Shown piece after piece: positions 52,680 through 62,793 of a stretch of 64,000 bases of DNA. The DNA lies in the NCBI GenBank assembly GCA_045539425.1, contig JAZQFH010000013.1:17094-81093 (forward strand), given 5' to 3'. Position 1 is the first letter of the stretch; each line of letters opens with the position of its first letter. The notes below the pieces were generated by a model that searched no databases, was not told the origin of the DNA, and saw only the letters and a list, made by a program, of their open reading frames with translations. The position numbers were made by a program, and so were the translations under genes. The DNA is from Erysipelotrichaceae bacterium. GTDB lineage: Bacteria; Bacillota_I; Bacilli_A; Erysipelotrichales; Erysipelotrichaceae.

Positions 52680-54670
52680 ATCTCTTCCTCCTCTGATTCA
52701 AGATAGATTCCAATCCGTTTCAGTAAAGCTTCCTTATTGATCTGCGGTGTATTCAGAATCACTTCCGCGTCTTTTCTGGCTGTAGTCATGATGCGTGTAT
52801 CCATCGTGACATCAATCAGCTTAAAGAGCGGAACGCCGCTCTGACGCACGCCCAGGATATCTCCCGGGCCTCTGAGTTTGAGATCATATTCCGCGATCTC
52901 AAAACCGTTTTCGTGCTCCGCAAGCACTCTGAGACGCTCCAGCGTCTCTTCCTCTTTGGAGTTTGTCAGAAGGTAACAATACCCCTGCTTGCTGCCGCGC
53001 TTGATCCGTCCGCGCAGCTGATGCAGCTGGCTCAGACCGAAGCGGTCCGCGTTATAGATGATCATGATGTTTGCTTCCTTGACGTTAACGCCGACTTCAA
53101 CAACCGTCGTGGAGATAAGAATTTGTATCTCACCTTCCTTAAAGGAATTCATGACATTCGTTTTTTCGTCGGAAGACATTTTGCCATGCAGTGAACCAAC
53201 GGCATATCTGCCTTTGAAGAAATCCTCGAGATTGCGCGTCAGTTTGCTGACATTCTGCATCGATTCGTTATCATCTTCGATGGCCGGACAGATGATGTAT
53301 GCCCTGTCCTTTTCATCCAGCATTTTCAATAATTCCGGTAAGAAGCTGCGCAGGGAATTCTCATGAATCAGTCTTGTGATCACCGGTTTTCTTCCCGGCG
53401 GAAGTGTCTCAATGATACTGATGTCCATATCCCCGTAAATCACACCCTGAAGTGTGCGCGGGATCGGTGTGGCACTCATCACCAGTACATCGGTAAACTG
53501 CCCTTTTTCCAGAAGCTTCTTGCGCTGGTTCACGCCGAAGCGGTGCTGCTCATCCGTCACAATCAGTCCAAGCTCTTTAAACGCAACATTATCCTGAATC
53601 AGAGAGTGCGTTCCGACAACGATATCGACTTCCCCATTCTTTAATCCTTCGAGCACTTCCTTCTTTTCCGCGGAAGGCAAAGAAGAGTATAAGGCACGGA
53701 TATGAAGTCCGCTTTGACGCAGGATTGAGCGCAGATCTTCATACTGCTGCTGAGCCAGTATTTCCGTCGGCACCATAAAGGCTCCCTGCTTTTTGCTTAA
53801 GGCATTGGCATACAGCGCAAGTATGGCAACAATCGTTTTACCGCAACCGACATCCCCCTGAACGAGCCGCATCATCGGTAGCGGCTTCTTCATGTCTTCC
53901 AGAATCTCGTTCACTGCCTTCAGCTGATCCCTTGTCAGAACGAAGGAAAGACGGTTGGCCAGCGCGAAGACATCATCGAATTCAAAATGCTTTTCATAAA
54001 GCACGTTCTTTTGCCCCATCAGGTCTCTTCTTTGCTGCATGATACAGCTGAAGAGCAGGAATTCTTCATATTTCAGCGTACGCTTGGCGTTGTTTAATGT
54101 CGTTTCATTGGTCGGAAAATGAATCTCCCGCAGTGCCGTCTGTCTGTCATACAGGCGGTAGGCATTGATGTACTCCTGCGGGATCAGGTTTTCAAAATGA
54201 TGATGCTCGAGTGTCTTTTCCACAATGGAGCGGAAATACTTCAGCGTAGCACCTTCCTTCAGATTGTAGACCGGGAAAATCCCGCTCTGTTCACTCAGCG
54301 GTTTGGCGTTATAGTTGGAACAGGTCACCCGGTTATTCCCGTCATATTTCCCGAATACGGTAATTACGGAACCTGATGGCATCCTGGAGATCCATGGACG
54401 GTTGAAGATCGTGCATTTGATGATCTCTTCATTATTTAAAAGCACGTCAAAATTCACCTTTGTAATACCGTGAAAACGGGCGGTGGCTCCGACTTTTAAG
54501 AGCCTTCCCTCAAAGGTGACTTTCATCTCTTTTTCCCATGAATCATAAGGAACAGGGTTTACCGTCTCATAGCGGAACGGATAGTGCTCCATGATTTCAT
54601 CCGCTGTCGTCAGATTCAGAATCTGAAGCGTTTCCTGTTCTTTTTTTGTATAGATGCTCTTTTCTTTCAT
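52676..54670 (-). CDS. recG: ATP-dependent DNA helicase RecG
   Basis: 664 aa with a wedge/OB region. Motifs GDVGCGKT, DEQHRFG, QLHQLRGRIKRG. The start is uncertain because there is no clear SD. Confidence 0.9.
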   Translation of the reverse strand: MKEKSIYTKKEQETLQILNLTTADEIMEHYPFRYETVNPVPYDSWEKEMKVTFEGRLLKVGATARFHGITKVNFDVLLNNEEIIKCTIFNRPWISRMPSGSVITVFGKYDGNNRVTCSNYNAKPLSEQSGIFPVYNLKEGATLKYFRSIVEKTLEHHHFENLIPQEYINAYRLYDRQTALREIHFPTNETTLNNAKRTLKYEEFLLFSCIMQQRRDLMGQKNVLYEKHFEFDDVFALANRLSFVLTRDQLKAVNEILEDMKKPLPMMRLVQGDVGCGKTIVAILALYANALSKKQGAFMVPTEILAQQQYEDLRSILRQSGLHIRALYSSLPSAEKKEVLEGLKNGEVDIVVGTHSLIQDNVAFKELGLIVTDEQHRFGVNQRKKLLEKGQFTDVLVMSATPIPRTLQGVIYGDMDISIIETLPPGRKPVITRLIHENSLRSFLPELLKMLDEKDRAYIICPAIEDDNESMQNVSKLTRNLEDFFKGRYAVGSLHGKMSSDEKTNVMNSFKEGEIQILISTTVVEVGVNVKEANIMIIYNADRFGLSQLHQLRGRIKRGSKQGYCYLLTNSKEEETLERLRVLAEHENGFEIAEYDLKLRGPGDILGVRQSGVPLFKLIDVTMDTRIMTTARKDAEVILNTPQINKEALLKRIGIYLESEEEEI

Positions 54671-54677
54671 ATCTGTG

Positions 54678-54698
54678 AAAAAAGGGCAATGCCCTTTT
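54678..54698 (-). terminator. terminator-like hairpin 7 nt upstream of the recG start
   Basis: AAAGGGCA (54681-54688) pairs with TGCCCTTT (54690-54697). On the minus strand it is followed by TTTTTTCACAGAT and then the ATG. Confidence 0.5.
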
Positions 54699-54703
54699 CT
54701 TGT

Positions 54704-56317
54704 TTATTCAACCGCAAAGAGATAGTAGAAGACCGGCTGATCTCCCTGGATCGTATCCACTTCAAGATCATAGGTATCTTCAATATACTTGCTGATGGCG
54801 GTAATATCATCTTCCTTGGCATCCTCACCGGCAATCAGTGTAAAGAGCTCGGCATCATCGGATACCATGGAATCGATCAGCTGTTTTGCGACATTCAGCA
54901 GATCCTTTCCGCTGGTGATGATATGTTTGCCCTGGATTCCCATGTAGTCGTTTTCCGAAATGGAAACGCCTTCCACCTGAGTATCCTTGATGGCATAGGT
55001 GATGCGTCCCGTCACAATGTGCTGGATTGCTTCTTCCATATTGGCGATATTGGTTTCCTTGTCCGCATCAGGATTAAAGGAAAGACAGGCTGTCAGACCT
55101 TCCTGGATGCTCGTTGTTGCGAATACCGTAATATCCTGATCCGAGCAGATATCTCTGGCCTGATTGGCCGCCAGGATAATGTTGGAGTTATTCGGGAAGA
55201 TGAAGATGTGATCCGCATGGATCTTGTGAATCGCATCCACGAAATCTTCACAGCTCGGATTCATGGTCTGTCCGCCGCTGACGATGTGGTCAACACGCAG
55301 ATCACGGAATGCCTTGACTAAGCCATCCCCTGCCGCAACGCTGATGAGAGCGTACGGTTTCTTCGGCTGCTCCTTCTGACTCATGTCGATGATATTCTCA
55401 TGCTGAATCGACATGTTTTCAATTTTGAGTTTTATAAACTCACCATAGCGCTGTGCCATGTTGAGCGCATTTCCCGGAGTAAGCGTATGTACGTGTACCT
55501 TGACAAGATCCTCATCCGTAACAACGACAAGTGAGTTGCCGAGCTTGCTGAGGTTGCGTTTCAGCTTCTCTTCCTCATAAGTCAGCTTACCGGTTTCACT
55601 TAAACGCAGAATGAATTCCGTGCAGTAGCCGAATTCATCGCTTTCCACTTTCGTCTGCGCTTCTTCGACCTGTACGTCCTTGTTCAGTCGTTCGATCTTT
55701 TCTCCCTTCACCGCAGCGAGGAAGCCTTTGAAGATTGTCAGTAAACCGAATCCGCCGGAGTCAACAACGCCGACTTCCTTTAAAAGCGGCATCAGTTCCG
55801 GAGTATTGTCCAATGAGATCTGTGCCTGACGGATGAGTTCTTCAAAATACTCTTCCACCGTGCACAACTTGTTGCTCTTGACATAGTCATAAGCATAGTA
55901 AGAGGATTCACGGATAACTGTCAGGATGGTGCCTTCCACCGGTTTCATAACGGCTTTATAGGAAACTTCGGATCCCTTCATGAAGGCTTTCGCCAGCATT
56001 TTCACGCTGACTTCCTGATCCTTTTCCAGGCCCATATAGAAGCCGCGGAAGATCTGGGATGTGATAACACCGGAGTTGCCTCTGGCACCCATTAACAAGC
56101 CGAAGGAAAGACCTTTGGCGATATCGTAAATGCTGTCGGAAGTGATCTTCTTGCTCTCCAGAACACCGTTCTGGAACGTCATGGTCATATTGGTACCGGT
56201 ATCTCCGTCCGGAACCGGGAAAACGTTTTTCGCGTCGATTTCCTTCTGATAATTCAATAAGTTGTTTTCCGCATTCTCAAGCATGAAGCGGAAGACTTCG
56301 GTTGTAAGAAATTCCAT
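54704..56317 (-). CDS. DAK2-domain fusion protein (YloV-type)
   Basis: 537 aa. Motif VPDGDTGTNM. Confidence 0.9.
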   Translation of the reverse strand: MEFLTTEVFRFMLENAENNLLNYQKEIDAKNVFPVPDGDTGTNMTMTFQNGVLESKKITSDSIYDIAKGLSFGLLMGARGNSGVITSQIFRGFYMGLEKDQEVSVKMLAKAFMKGSEVSYKAVMKPVEGTILTVIRESSYYAYDYVKSNKLCTVEEYFEELIRQAQISLDNTPELMPLLKEVGVVDSGGFGLLTIFKGFLAAVKGEKIERLNKDVQVEEAQTKVESDEFGYCTEFILRLSETGKLTYEEEKLKRNLSKLGNSLVVVTDEDLVKVHVHTLTPGNALNMAQRYGEFIKLKIENMSIQHENIIDMSQKEQPKKPYALISVAAGDGLVKAFRDLRVDHIVSGGQTMNPSCEDFVDAIHKIHADHIFIFPNNSNIILAANQARDICSDQDITVFATTSIQEGLTACLSFNPDADKETNIANMEEAIQHIVTGRITYAIKDTQVEGVSISENDYMGIQGKHIITSGKDLLNVAKQLIDSMVSDDAELFTLIAGEDAKEDDITAISKYIEDTYDLEVDTIQGDQPVFYYLFAVE

Positions 56318-56318
56318 T

Positions 56319-56678
56319 CTATTTGCCTACACGTACACCCTGGACGAAGATGTTCACGGAACGGAATTTGAGATCCAGTTCCTGCTCCAGTGTGTATTTC
56401 ACTTTCTTCTGAACTTCCGTGACCACTTCGGAAATCTTAACACCGTAACTGATAACAATATATAAGTCGAGATCATATGTCTCTCCGTTGTTTGTAACAA
56501 CAATTCCCTTTGCGTAGTTGTCCTTACGCAAGAGTTCATAAATACCGTCTTTCAACAGGTTCTTGCTTGCCATGCCAACCACACCGTAACATTCGGCGAC
56601 CGCTCCTCCCGCTAGAGTTGCGACGGCATCTTCAGTAACACTGATGGTACCGAGTTTTGTCTTTCTTTCTATCGGCAT
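56319..56678 (-). CDS. Asp23/Gls24-family protein (YloU-type)
   Basis: The ORF-track start is a TTG. ATG 56678 (MPIERKTKLG) has GGAGGTG 6 nt upstream. Motif ECYGVVGMA. Confidence 0.85.
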   Translation of the reverse strand: MPIERKTKLGTISVTEDAVATLAGGAVAECYGVVGMASKNLLKDGIYELLRKDNYAKGIVVTNNGETYDLDLYIVISYGVKISEVVTEVQKKVKYTLEQELDLKFRSVNIFVQGVRVGK

Positions 56679-56700
56679 TGAAAACACCTCCAATATGTTA

Positions 56701-56729
56701 ATTATACGAAAACAGTCAGAAAATGTAAA
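56701..56729 (-). promoter_or_regulatory. candidate sigma-A promoter of the yloU-yloV-recG cluster
   Basis: On the minus strand: TTTACA (56729-56724), 17-nt spacer, TATAAT (56706-56701). Confidence 0.55.
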
Positions 56730-56748
56730 ATAGGACTCTCGTCCTATT
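56716..56748 (-). terminator. terminator-like hairpin overlapping the divIB stop codon
   Basis: AATAGGAC (56729-56736), loop TCTC, GTCCTATT (56741-56748). On the minus strand it is followed by TTACATTTTC. Confidence 0.45.
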
Positions 56749-57556
56749 CGTTATCTTCCTCTTCTTCGACTTCTTCCGCTTCCTCCTCCGGAACCGCTTC
56801 CCAGGGGCAGCTGGAAGTATAGGCATTCTGAGACGCATCATCCACAAAGATACAGGATTTCTGCGCATTCAACTGCTTTAAAATCGAATAATAGTAATTC
56901 AGGTTGTTGGAGAGATCCCAGTCCATAAACATATGGTTCCCGTCCTCCATCTCAAAGTAGATCATCTCGGTATTGTAACTCATCGGGTATTTCACGACTT
57001 CCGATACGTTGCACAGGACGGAATCATCAATGCGCAAGAGCGCTTCCGTCAGCTTCGGGTAATCTTCCGTGGTGAAATCCTTTAAGAGCGGAATTCCCAT
57101 CAGCCAGTGATACTGGCGGGAGTTCAGCTGATAGAGGGTACCGTCGGAGAAGAGCAGTTGAATGTTATCCTGCATGAGATAGCCGATCGGCTTCTTTTCA
57201 TAGATGACAAGATTCAGCCTTCCGTCAAGATCGACCTTGCTTTCAAAGCGTTCGATAAACGGATTGGTATCGAGTTTTTCCTTCAGATAGAGCGGATTCG
57301 CCTTTAAGCGCAGATCCCCTTCCTTTAGCTGAATGAGATTGAGAATCTCGCTTTCCGGTATGTGATTGTTTCCGCTGATGTTGATGTAACTCAGGCGGGA
57401 AAGCGGAGAATAGTAATAGATTAAAGCCAGAAAAGCCAGAATGAAAAACACTACCAAAAAGACGATACGTTTTCTGACGTGACGTCTGGCGTTGTTCTTC
57501 TTCACTTCTTCCTTTTTGCGGAAGAGGTAATCTGCTCCGTTCTGGAAATTACTCAT
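56744..57556 (-). CDS. divIB: cell division protein DivIB/FtsQ (POTRA domain) with an acidic C-terminal tail
   Basis: 270 aa. TM helix IVFLVVFFILAFLALIYYY. POTRA-like ISGNNHIPESEILNLIQLKEGD. The tail is EEEAEEVEEEEDNE. Confidence 0.8.
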   Translation of the reverse strand: MSNFQNGADYLFRKKEEVKKNNARRHVRKRIVFLVVFFILAFLALIYYYSPLSRLSYINISGNNHIPESEILNLIQLKEGDLRLKANPLYLKEKLDTNPFIERFESKVDLDGRLNLVIYEKKPIGYLMQDNIQLLFSDGTLYQLNSRQYHWLMGIPLLKDFTTEDYPKLTEALLRIDDSVLCNVSEVVKYPMSYNTEMIYFEMEDGNHMFMDWDLSNNLNYYYSILKQLNAQKSCIFVDDASQNAYTSSCPWEAVPEEEAEEVEEEEDNE

Positions 57557-58619
57557 GTACGATCTCTTTCATTAATGCGATGATGTCCTGTGCACTGTTC
57601 GGATAGGAAACGCTCTTGGCGGCAGCGGACATCTTCTGCCGGGTTTCCCTGGATGCCATTAATTCATCCAGCGTACGGATGAAATCATCGGCATCGAGCT
57701 CTTTTTCTCTTTTCAATACGGCTGCGTGGTGATCCACCAGAGCCTGTGCGTTGACTTCCTGATGGTTATTCGGGACATACGGGCTCGGGATGATGATCGC
57801 CGGAACCCCGTAGACACTGATTTCCGCTGCGGTGGTTGCGCCTCCGCGCGTGACAATCAGATCCACCTGCGGTAAAAGTGCCACCTGGTCGATATAAGCG
57901 GCAAAATGGACGTTTTGAGGATATTCGGAAGGATCAAACTCATCCTTGTGTCCTTCTCCTGTGACATAGAGCACCTGATAGCTGCGTCCGTTAAGCTGCT
58001 TGAGTACATTCTTCATAATGGCATTGACGCTCTCAGAGCCCTGAGAACCCATCACAAAGAGAACCAGCGGCATGTCTTTTGTGCAGCCGAAGGAAGTAAT
58101 GTCAACTTCCTTATGTGGCTTTAAAGCGGTATAGGTACGCGGATTACCTAAAAGATGCACCTTTTTGCGGAACTGCTTTGTGACATTCTCATATACGGCA
58201 ACCACGGCACTGGCATAACGTTCAAGATACAGATTCGCCTTGCCGGCAAATGCATTCTGCTCGTGAAGAACGGATGGAATATGCAGCGCATGGGCAGCCT
58301 TGATGACCGGTGCACTGACATATCCGCCGAAGCCGACAACGATATCCGGCGCAAATTCCCTTAGGATCTTCTTGGCGCTTCCCGTCTGCCGCAGCATCAG
58401 TAAATACGCGGAAGCCTTCGCCAAAAGTCCTCCGTTGAAGCCTTTTGCCTCAATAGACGCAAAATCATAATGATTCGCCGGAATGATCCGGGCTTCCATA
58501 TGGTTCGGTGTACCGATAAAAAGGATCTCGGCGTTTTCCCTCTCTTTTAAGGCATCTGCCAGAGAAAGCGCGGGATAGATATGTCCTCCGGTTCCTCCGC
58601 AGGTGATAACAACTTTCAT
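57549..58619 (-). CDS. murG: undecaprenyldiphospho-muramoylpentapeptide beta-N-acetylglucosaminyltransferase
   Basis: 356 aa. Motifs CGGTGGHIYPALSLA and TRGGATTAAEI. Confidence 0.95.
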   Translation of the reverse strand: MKVVITCGGTGGHIYPALSLADALKERENAEILFIGTPNHMEARIIPANHYDFASIEAKGFNGGLLAKASAYLLMLRQTGSAKKILREFAPDIVVGFGGYVSAPVIKAAHALHIPSVLHEQNAFAGKANLYLERYASAVVAVYENVTKQFRKKVHLLGNPRTYTALKPHKEVDITSFGCTKDMPLVLFVMGSQGSESVNAIMKNVLKQLNGRSYQVLYVTGEGHKDEFDPSEYPQNVHFAAYIDQVALLPQVDLIVTRGGATTAAEISVYGVPAIIIPSPYVPNNHQEVNAQALVDHHAAVLKREKELDADDFIRTLDELMASRETRQKMSAAAKSVSYPNSAQDIIALMKEIVHE

Positions 58620-58638
58620 AAGTGATATTTCTTTCTAA

Positions 58639-59637
58639 TCAGAATAATCCCTGATTGTGCGGGATCTTCAGATGGTCATAGGCTTTTTCGGTTACGACTC
58701 TGCCCCGCGGCGTACGGTTGATAAAGCCGATCTGCAGAAGATACGGTTCATAGACATCTTCCAGAGTGGTCGTTTCTTCCGAGATGGAACTTGCGAGTGC
58801 TTCCAGTCCTACCGGACCGCCATGGAAGCGTTCAATAATACCGCGTAAGTAGCGGATATCCACATCATCCAGACCAAGCTCATCCACTTTCAGACGCTCC
58901 AAGGCATGCCGGGTAACTTCGATGGAAATATGACCTCCATTCAGCACCTGTGCAAAATCCCGTACACGTTTGAAGAGATTGTTGGCAATTCGCGGCGTTC
59001 CGCGGGAACGTTTGGCAATCTCCACGACGGCTTCCTCATCAATCGTGCAGTCTAGTACGCGGGAGGTACGGCGGACGATCTGCGAGAGTTCCTCCGTCGT
59101 GTAATAGTTCAGTTTATCCTTGATGCCGAAGCGGTCTCTGAGCGGGCTGGAAAGATCCCCTGCCCGTGTTGTGGCACCTACCAGGGTAAATGCCGGCAGA
59201 TCCAGACGGATCGAGCGGGAAGTCGCATCCTTGCCTACCATGATGTCAATGGAGAAATCTTCCATCGCGGGATATAACACCTCTTCCACCTGTTTCGGCA
59301 GACGGTGGATCTCATCGATGAACAGGACATCTCCCGGTTCCAGAGAACTCAGGATACCGGCCAGATCTCCGCTTTTCTCAATGGACGGGCCGGTTGTGAC
59401 TTTGATATTGCTGCCAAGCTCGTTGGCAATAATATAGGCTAATGTTGTTTTGCCGAGTCCCGGAGGGCCGTATAACAGTACGTGGTCCAGTGACTCATTT
59501 CTGTGAAGTGCCGCCTGAATGAAGATCTTCAGGTTCTCCTTCAGTTCCTTCTGTCCGACATATTCCGAGAGTGACTGAGGACGCAGGGAGGATTCTTCAT
59601 CGGTGGCCTGATTGAGCGTTTCAAAGGTACTTTCCAT
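58639..59637 (-). CDS. ruvB: Holliday junction branch migration helicase RuvB
   Basis: 332 aa. Motifs [14 protein letters not shown] and FIDEIHRL. Confidence 0.97.
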   Translation of the reverse strand: MESTFETLNQATDEESSLRPQSLSEYVGQKELKENLKIFIQAALHRNESLDHVLLYGPPGLGKTTLAYIIANELGSNIKVTTGPSIEKSGDLAGILSSLEPGDVLFIDEIHRLPKQVEEVLYPAMEDFSIDIMVGKDATSRSIRLDLPAFTLVGATTRAGDLSSPLRDRFGIKDKLNYYTTEELSQIVRRTSRVLDCTIDEEAVVEIAKRSRGTPRIANNLFKRVRDFAQVLNGGHISIEVTRHALERLKVDELGLDDVDIRYLRGIIERFHGGPVGLEALASSISEETTTLEDVYEPYLLQIGFINRTPRGRVVTEKAYDHLKIPHNQGLF

Positions 59638-59638
59638 A

Positions 59639-60223
59639 TTAGACTCCTTTACGTTTCAGTAACAGCTGCAGAGCGAAGCGGACATATTCTTCAGAGCTGT
59701 GCAGCTCCTTGTTGTTCTGTAATTCTTTCATGATCGGTGTGATTTCATTCTGCTTGTATCCCAATGTCTTTAAAGCACTGACTGCATCATCCAGTTCCAA
59801 ATTGGCAGCTTTTTCTTCCGCACTGTCGGAATGAACGAGCTTGCCTTTCAGATCCAGAATGATCTGGCTGGCTGCCTTGGCTCCGATTCCCGGAAGCGCC
59901 TTTAGGGAAGCGACATCGTTATTTTCAATGATCGTGATCAGATCGTTCACACTGCGGTGTGCCAGGATGTTCTGTGCCGTCTTCGGCCCGATTCCCTTAA
60001 CGCCGATGAGCGACAGGAAAAGATCATATTCCTGCATGGAGACAAAACCGAAGAGACTGATCTCGTCTTCTCTGACATGCTGATAGGTATAGATGGTAAC
60101 TTCCTTATTCAGAGACAGTGTCTCCGGATGCATATAATTGATACGGAAGCCGATGCCGTGATTTTCCAGAATCACCCAGTCGATTCCGTAGGAATGTACT
60201 TTACCTGAGATAAACGCTAGCAT
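59639..60223 (-). CDS. ruvA: Holliday junction DNA-binding protein RuvA
   Basis: 194 aa. HhH motifs [10 protein letters not shown] and LPGIGAKAA. Confidence 0.95.
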   Translation of the reverse strand: MLAFISGKVHSYGIDWVILENHGIGFRINYMHPETLSLNKEVTIYTYQHVREDEISLFGFVSMQEYDLFLSLIGVKGIGPKTAQNILAHRSVNDLITIIENNDVASLKALPGIGAKAASQIILDLKGKLVHSDSAEEKAANLELDDAVSALKTLGYKQNEITPIMKELQNNKELHSSEEYVRFALQLLLKRKGV

Positions 60224-60242
60224 ATTTGAATCACCTCTTTAT

Positions 60243-60251
60243 ATTATAACA
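60243..60251 (-). promoter_or_regulatory. extended -10 promoter element for ruvAB
   Basis: Minus-strand TGTTATAAT (60251-60243), followed by the SD AAAGAGGTG and ATG 60223. Confidence 0.5.
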
Positions 60252-60279
60252 AGAAAAAAGATTCTATAGAAGAATCTTT
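60252..60279 (-). terminator. intrinsic terminator after obg
   Basis: AAGATTCT (60258-60265) pairs with AGAATCTT (60071-60078 offset corrected: 60271-60278). On the minus strand it is followed by TTTTTCTT. Confidence 0.65.
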
Positions 60280-61561
60280 AATCGTAGCTTTCAACAAATT
60301 CAAATGAGTAATCCAGAATAAATACCGTATCGCCGTCCAGTGCGCCTGCTTCCCTTAAGAGATCATCAACGCCCATCTTACGCAGCGTAGTGCCGAAGCG
60401 GAACACATCGTCTTCCGTCTCGAATTTTGTGCGGCGGAACATGCGTTCGATCCTTGTGCCGTACAGCCTCCACTGATTGTTTCCGAGGTTGCGGACATGG
60501 ATCTCGTTGTCCTCCGGCTCATAGCGGTAGACAACCCCTTCCTCATCCTCATCAAAGAGCGGGAAGGTCGGTGTCGTTTCCAGAAGATTGGCAACTTCAT
60601 AGAGAACGGGATCAAGTCCCTCCTCGATCAGCGTGATGACCGGGAATACCTTGATATCCGGATATTTCGCGCGGAATCTTTCGAGATTTGCTTCCGCATC
60701 ATCCAGGTCCATCTTATTGGCCACAACGATCTGCGGACGCTCAAGCAAACGGTACTGATAGGCACCGAGTTCCTTGTTGATGATTTCGTAATCATTCAAA
60801 GGATCTCTGCCCTCTTCCGAACCCATGTCAATCACATGCAGAATGACACGGCAGCGCTCAATGTGGCGAAGGAATTCATGTCCGAGTCCCTTTCCTTCCG
60901 CTGCGCCTTCAATCAGACCCGGCAGATCCGCTAAAACGAAACTTCTGCCGTCCTTGACCTTGACAACGCCGAGATTTGGAACAAGCGTGGTGAAGTGATA
61001 ATCGGCAATCTCCGGACGGGCTGCCGAGACAACGGAAAGGAATGTGGATTTCCCGACGGACGGGAAACCGACAAGACCCGCATCCGCCAAGAGTTTCAGC
61101 TCCACCAGGATCTCTTTCTCTTCTCCGATTTCCCCGTTTTCCGAGAAATCCGGAGCGGTATTGCGGCTGTTCATGAAATGATAGTTTCCTCTGCCACCGG
61201 CTCCGCCTTTGGCGATGACGGCACGCTGATTCTGATATGTCAGATCGGCGATCACGTGGTTGTCGCTGAGGTCTTTGACGATCGTGCCGAGCGGTACCTT
61301 GACGATGATATCCTCACCGTCCGCACCGTGCATCTTCTTTGTCTTGCCTCTTTCGCCATCCTGTGCCTTGATTTTCTTATTGTAACGCAGATCTAGAAGC
61401 GTTGACTTATTGCTGTCCACTTCAAAAATGACGGATCCGCCTTTTCCTCCGTCTCCTCCTGCCGGACCGCCTAACGGAACATATTTCTCCCTGCGGTAGG
61501 CAACGATTCCGTCTCCGCCTTTCCCGGCTTTCACGGATATTTTTACACGGTCTACAAACAT
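60278..61561 (-). CDS. obg: GTPase Obg/CgtA
   Basis: 427 aa. Motifs FVDRVKISVKAGKGGDG, GFPSVGKST, and a C-terminal OCT domain. Confidence 0.97.
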   Translation of the reverse strand: MFVDRVKISVKAGKGGDGIVAYRREKYVPLGGPAGGDGGKGGSVIFEVDSNKSTLLDLRYNKKIKAQDGERGKTKKMHGADGEDIIVKVPLGTIVKDLSDNHVIADLTYQNQRAVIAKGGAGGRGNYHFMNSRNTAPDFSENGEIGEEKEILVELKLLADAGLVGFPSVGKSTFLSVVSAARPEIADYHFTTLVPNLGVVKVKDGRSFVLADLPGLIEGAAEGKGLGHEFLRHIERCRVILHVIDMGSEEGRDPLNDYEIINKELGAYQYRLLERPQIVVANKMDLDDAEANLERFRAKYPDIKVFPVITLIEEGLDPVLYEVANLLETTPTFPLFDEDEEGVVYRYEPEDNEIHVRNLGNNQWRLYGTRIERMFRRTKFETEDDVFRFGTTLRKMGVDDLLREAGALDGDTVFILDYSFEFVESYD

Positions 61562-61583
61562 AATTTACCTCCGTTCCGTAATG

Positions 61584-61615
61584 GAAAAAAGAATCTCCTG
61601 TAATGGGAGATTCTC
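61584..61615 (-). terminator. intrinsic terminator after rpmA
   Basis: AGAATCTCC (61590-61598) pairs with GGAGATTCT (61606-61614). On the minus strand it is followed by TTTTTT. Confidence 0.8.
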
Positions 61616-61622
61616 ATTTTCA

Positions 61623-61907
61623 TTAAGCCTGTGGATAGACAGAAACCTGTTTCTTATCTTTTCCAACGCGTTCGTATTTGACGATACCAGTCACTTTTGC
61701 GAATAATGTGTCATCTCCGCCGATGCCGACATTAACGCCCGGTAAGATCTTTGTACCACGCTGTCTGTAAAGAATATTTCCAGCTAATGCTAACTGGCCG
61801 TCAGCCTTTTTAGCGCCAAGTCTCTTGCTATGAGAATCACGTCCGTTCTTAGTGCTACCAACACCTTTTTTAGAAGCGAACAACTGGATGTTTAATACAA
61901 ATTTCAT
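61623..61907 (-). CDS. rpmA: 50S ribosomal protein L27 with a cleavable N-terminal extension
   Basis: 94 aa. [10 protein letters not shown] precedes the mature-type [15 protein letters not shown]. Confidence 0.97.
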   Translation of the reverse strand: MKFVLNIQLFASKKGVGSTKNGRDSHSKRLGAKKADGQLALAGNILYRQRGTKILPGVNVGIGGDDTLFAKVTGIVKYERVGKDKKQVSVYPQA

Positions 61908-61909
61908 TT

Positions 61910-62224
61910 TTACACCTCCGTAATGGTTATTTTTATAAATCGGGAATACTGCTCCTGAATGGTTTTGAGCTGAATCAGAACCGTATTCAGGATCGTATCG
62001 GTTTCGTGAGTGGCATGAATCAGATGAGCTTCGAAGAAGCCTTCGTCCAATGTCACTTCACAGTCATCGTGAGTCAGAATGTCGAGTGCGTTTGCGCCTC
62101 CCGTGAGTATGCAGCTTACGCCCGCACACACTAAGTCGCGTCCGTACTCTGCGCTGTTCGAATGTCCGCTTACCTTCAGATTGGTAATCAGACCCTCATG
62201 TTTTTGAACAGTGACTTTGATCAA
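61910..62224 (-). CDS. prp: ribosomal-processing cysteine protease Prp
   Basis: 104 aa. Sits in the conserved slot between rplU and rpmA. Has GHS..CAGVS His/Cys motifs. Confidence 0.85.
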   Translation of the reverse strand: MIKVTVQKHEGLITNLKVSGHSNSAEYGRDLVCAGVSCILTGGANALDILTHDDCEVTLDEGFFEAHLIHATHETDTILNTVLIQLKTIQEQYSRFIKITITEV

Positions 62225-62226
62225 GC

Positions 62227-62538
62227 TTATGCCTCGATAGCTTCAACAACTAACTTCGTGTATGGCTGACGATGACCCTGTTTACGACGTGTAGAACCTT
62301 TTTTAGGTTTGTACTTGAAGATTAAGACCTTCTTTTCTTTACCCTGTTTTTCTACTGTAGCTTTGACTGTAGCACCTTCAACATACGGTGTACCAATCTT
62401 TGTGGCCTTGTCGCTGACTAATAAGACTTTGTCAAACACGACTGTTTCACCGGCTTCAACGTTTAATTTTTCAACGAAGATCGCTTCGCCTACTTCACAT
62501 TTGATCTGCTTTCCACCGGTTTCGATTACTGCGTACAT
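62227..62538 (-). CDS. rplU: 50S ribosomal protein L21
   Basis: 103 aa. N-terminus [17 protein letters not shown]. Confidence 0.97.
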   Translation of the reverse strand: MYAVIETGGKQIKCEVGEAIFVEKLNVEAGETVVFDKVLLVSDKATKIGTPYVEGATVKATVEKQGKEKKVLIFKYKPKKGSTRRKQGHRQPYTKLVVEAIEA

Positions 62539-62630
62539 AATAGTACCTCCTTTTCTACTAGACTCGCCTCTGCTGGTGACCGAAGTTCTTATGTACCAGG
62601 TAAGTGCGGTTGCGCCATTAAAGGAGCAAC
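62539..62630 (-). ncRNA. structured 5' leader of rplU (possible L21-leader type autoregulatory element)
   Basis: About 90 nt lie between the predicted start site and the rplU SD. Local stems are GUUGC/GCAAC and CUGGU/ACCAG. The consensus was not checked. Confidence 0.35.
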
Positions 62631-62636
62631 GTTATT

Positions 62637-62665
62637 ATATTACCAAAAGAGTACTTCCCAGTCAA
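62637..62665 (-). promoter_or_regulatory. sigma-A promoter of the rplU-prp-rpmA operon
   Basis: On the minus strand: TTGACT (62665-62660), 17-nt spacer, extended -10 TGGTAATAT (-10 hexamer 62642-62637). Confidence 0.6.
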
Positions 62666-62764
62666 TATCATTCGGAAGAAAAAATGCGGAAATCCTGCGG
62701 TTTTTCCGTATGTTTTACCCTTTTTATAATACTGCCTCATTATAACATAAACAATGGAGCAGAT

Positions 62765-62793
62765 AGAAAAAAATAAACGGCCGAAGCCGTTTA
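62765..62793 (-). terminator. intrinsic terminator overlapping the stop of the NlpC/P60-like gene
   Basis: TAAACGGC (62774-62781), loop CGAA, GCCGTTTA (62786-62793). On the minus strand it is followed by TTTTTTTCT. Confidence 0.8.

Noticed and set aside
54584-55321. 245-aa plus-strand ORF, together with similar long plus-strand ORFs at 47749-48420, 16359-17015, 25357-25920, 26083-26637, 12154-12678, 10769-11215 and 21548-22033
   Set aside because: Each lies entirely antisense to a minus-strand gene with clear conserved motifs (yloV, polC, ABC ATPase, dxs and others). They have no SD, and their translations are low-complexity with no recognisable motif. They are typical shadow ORFs.
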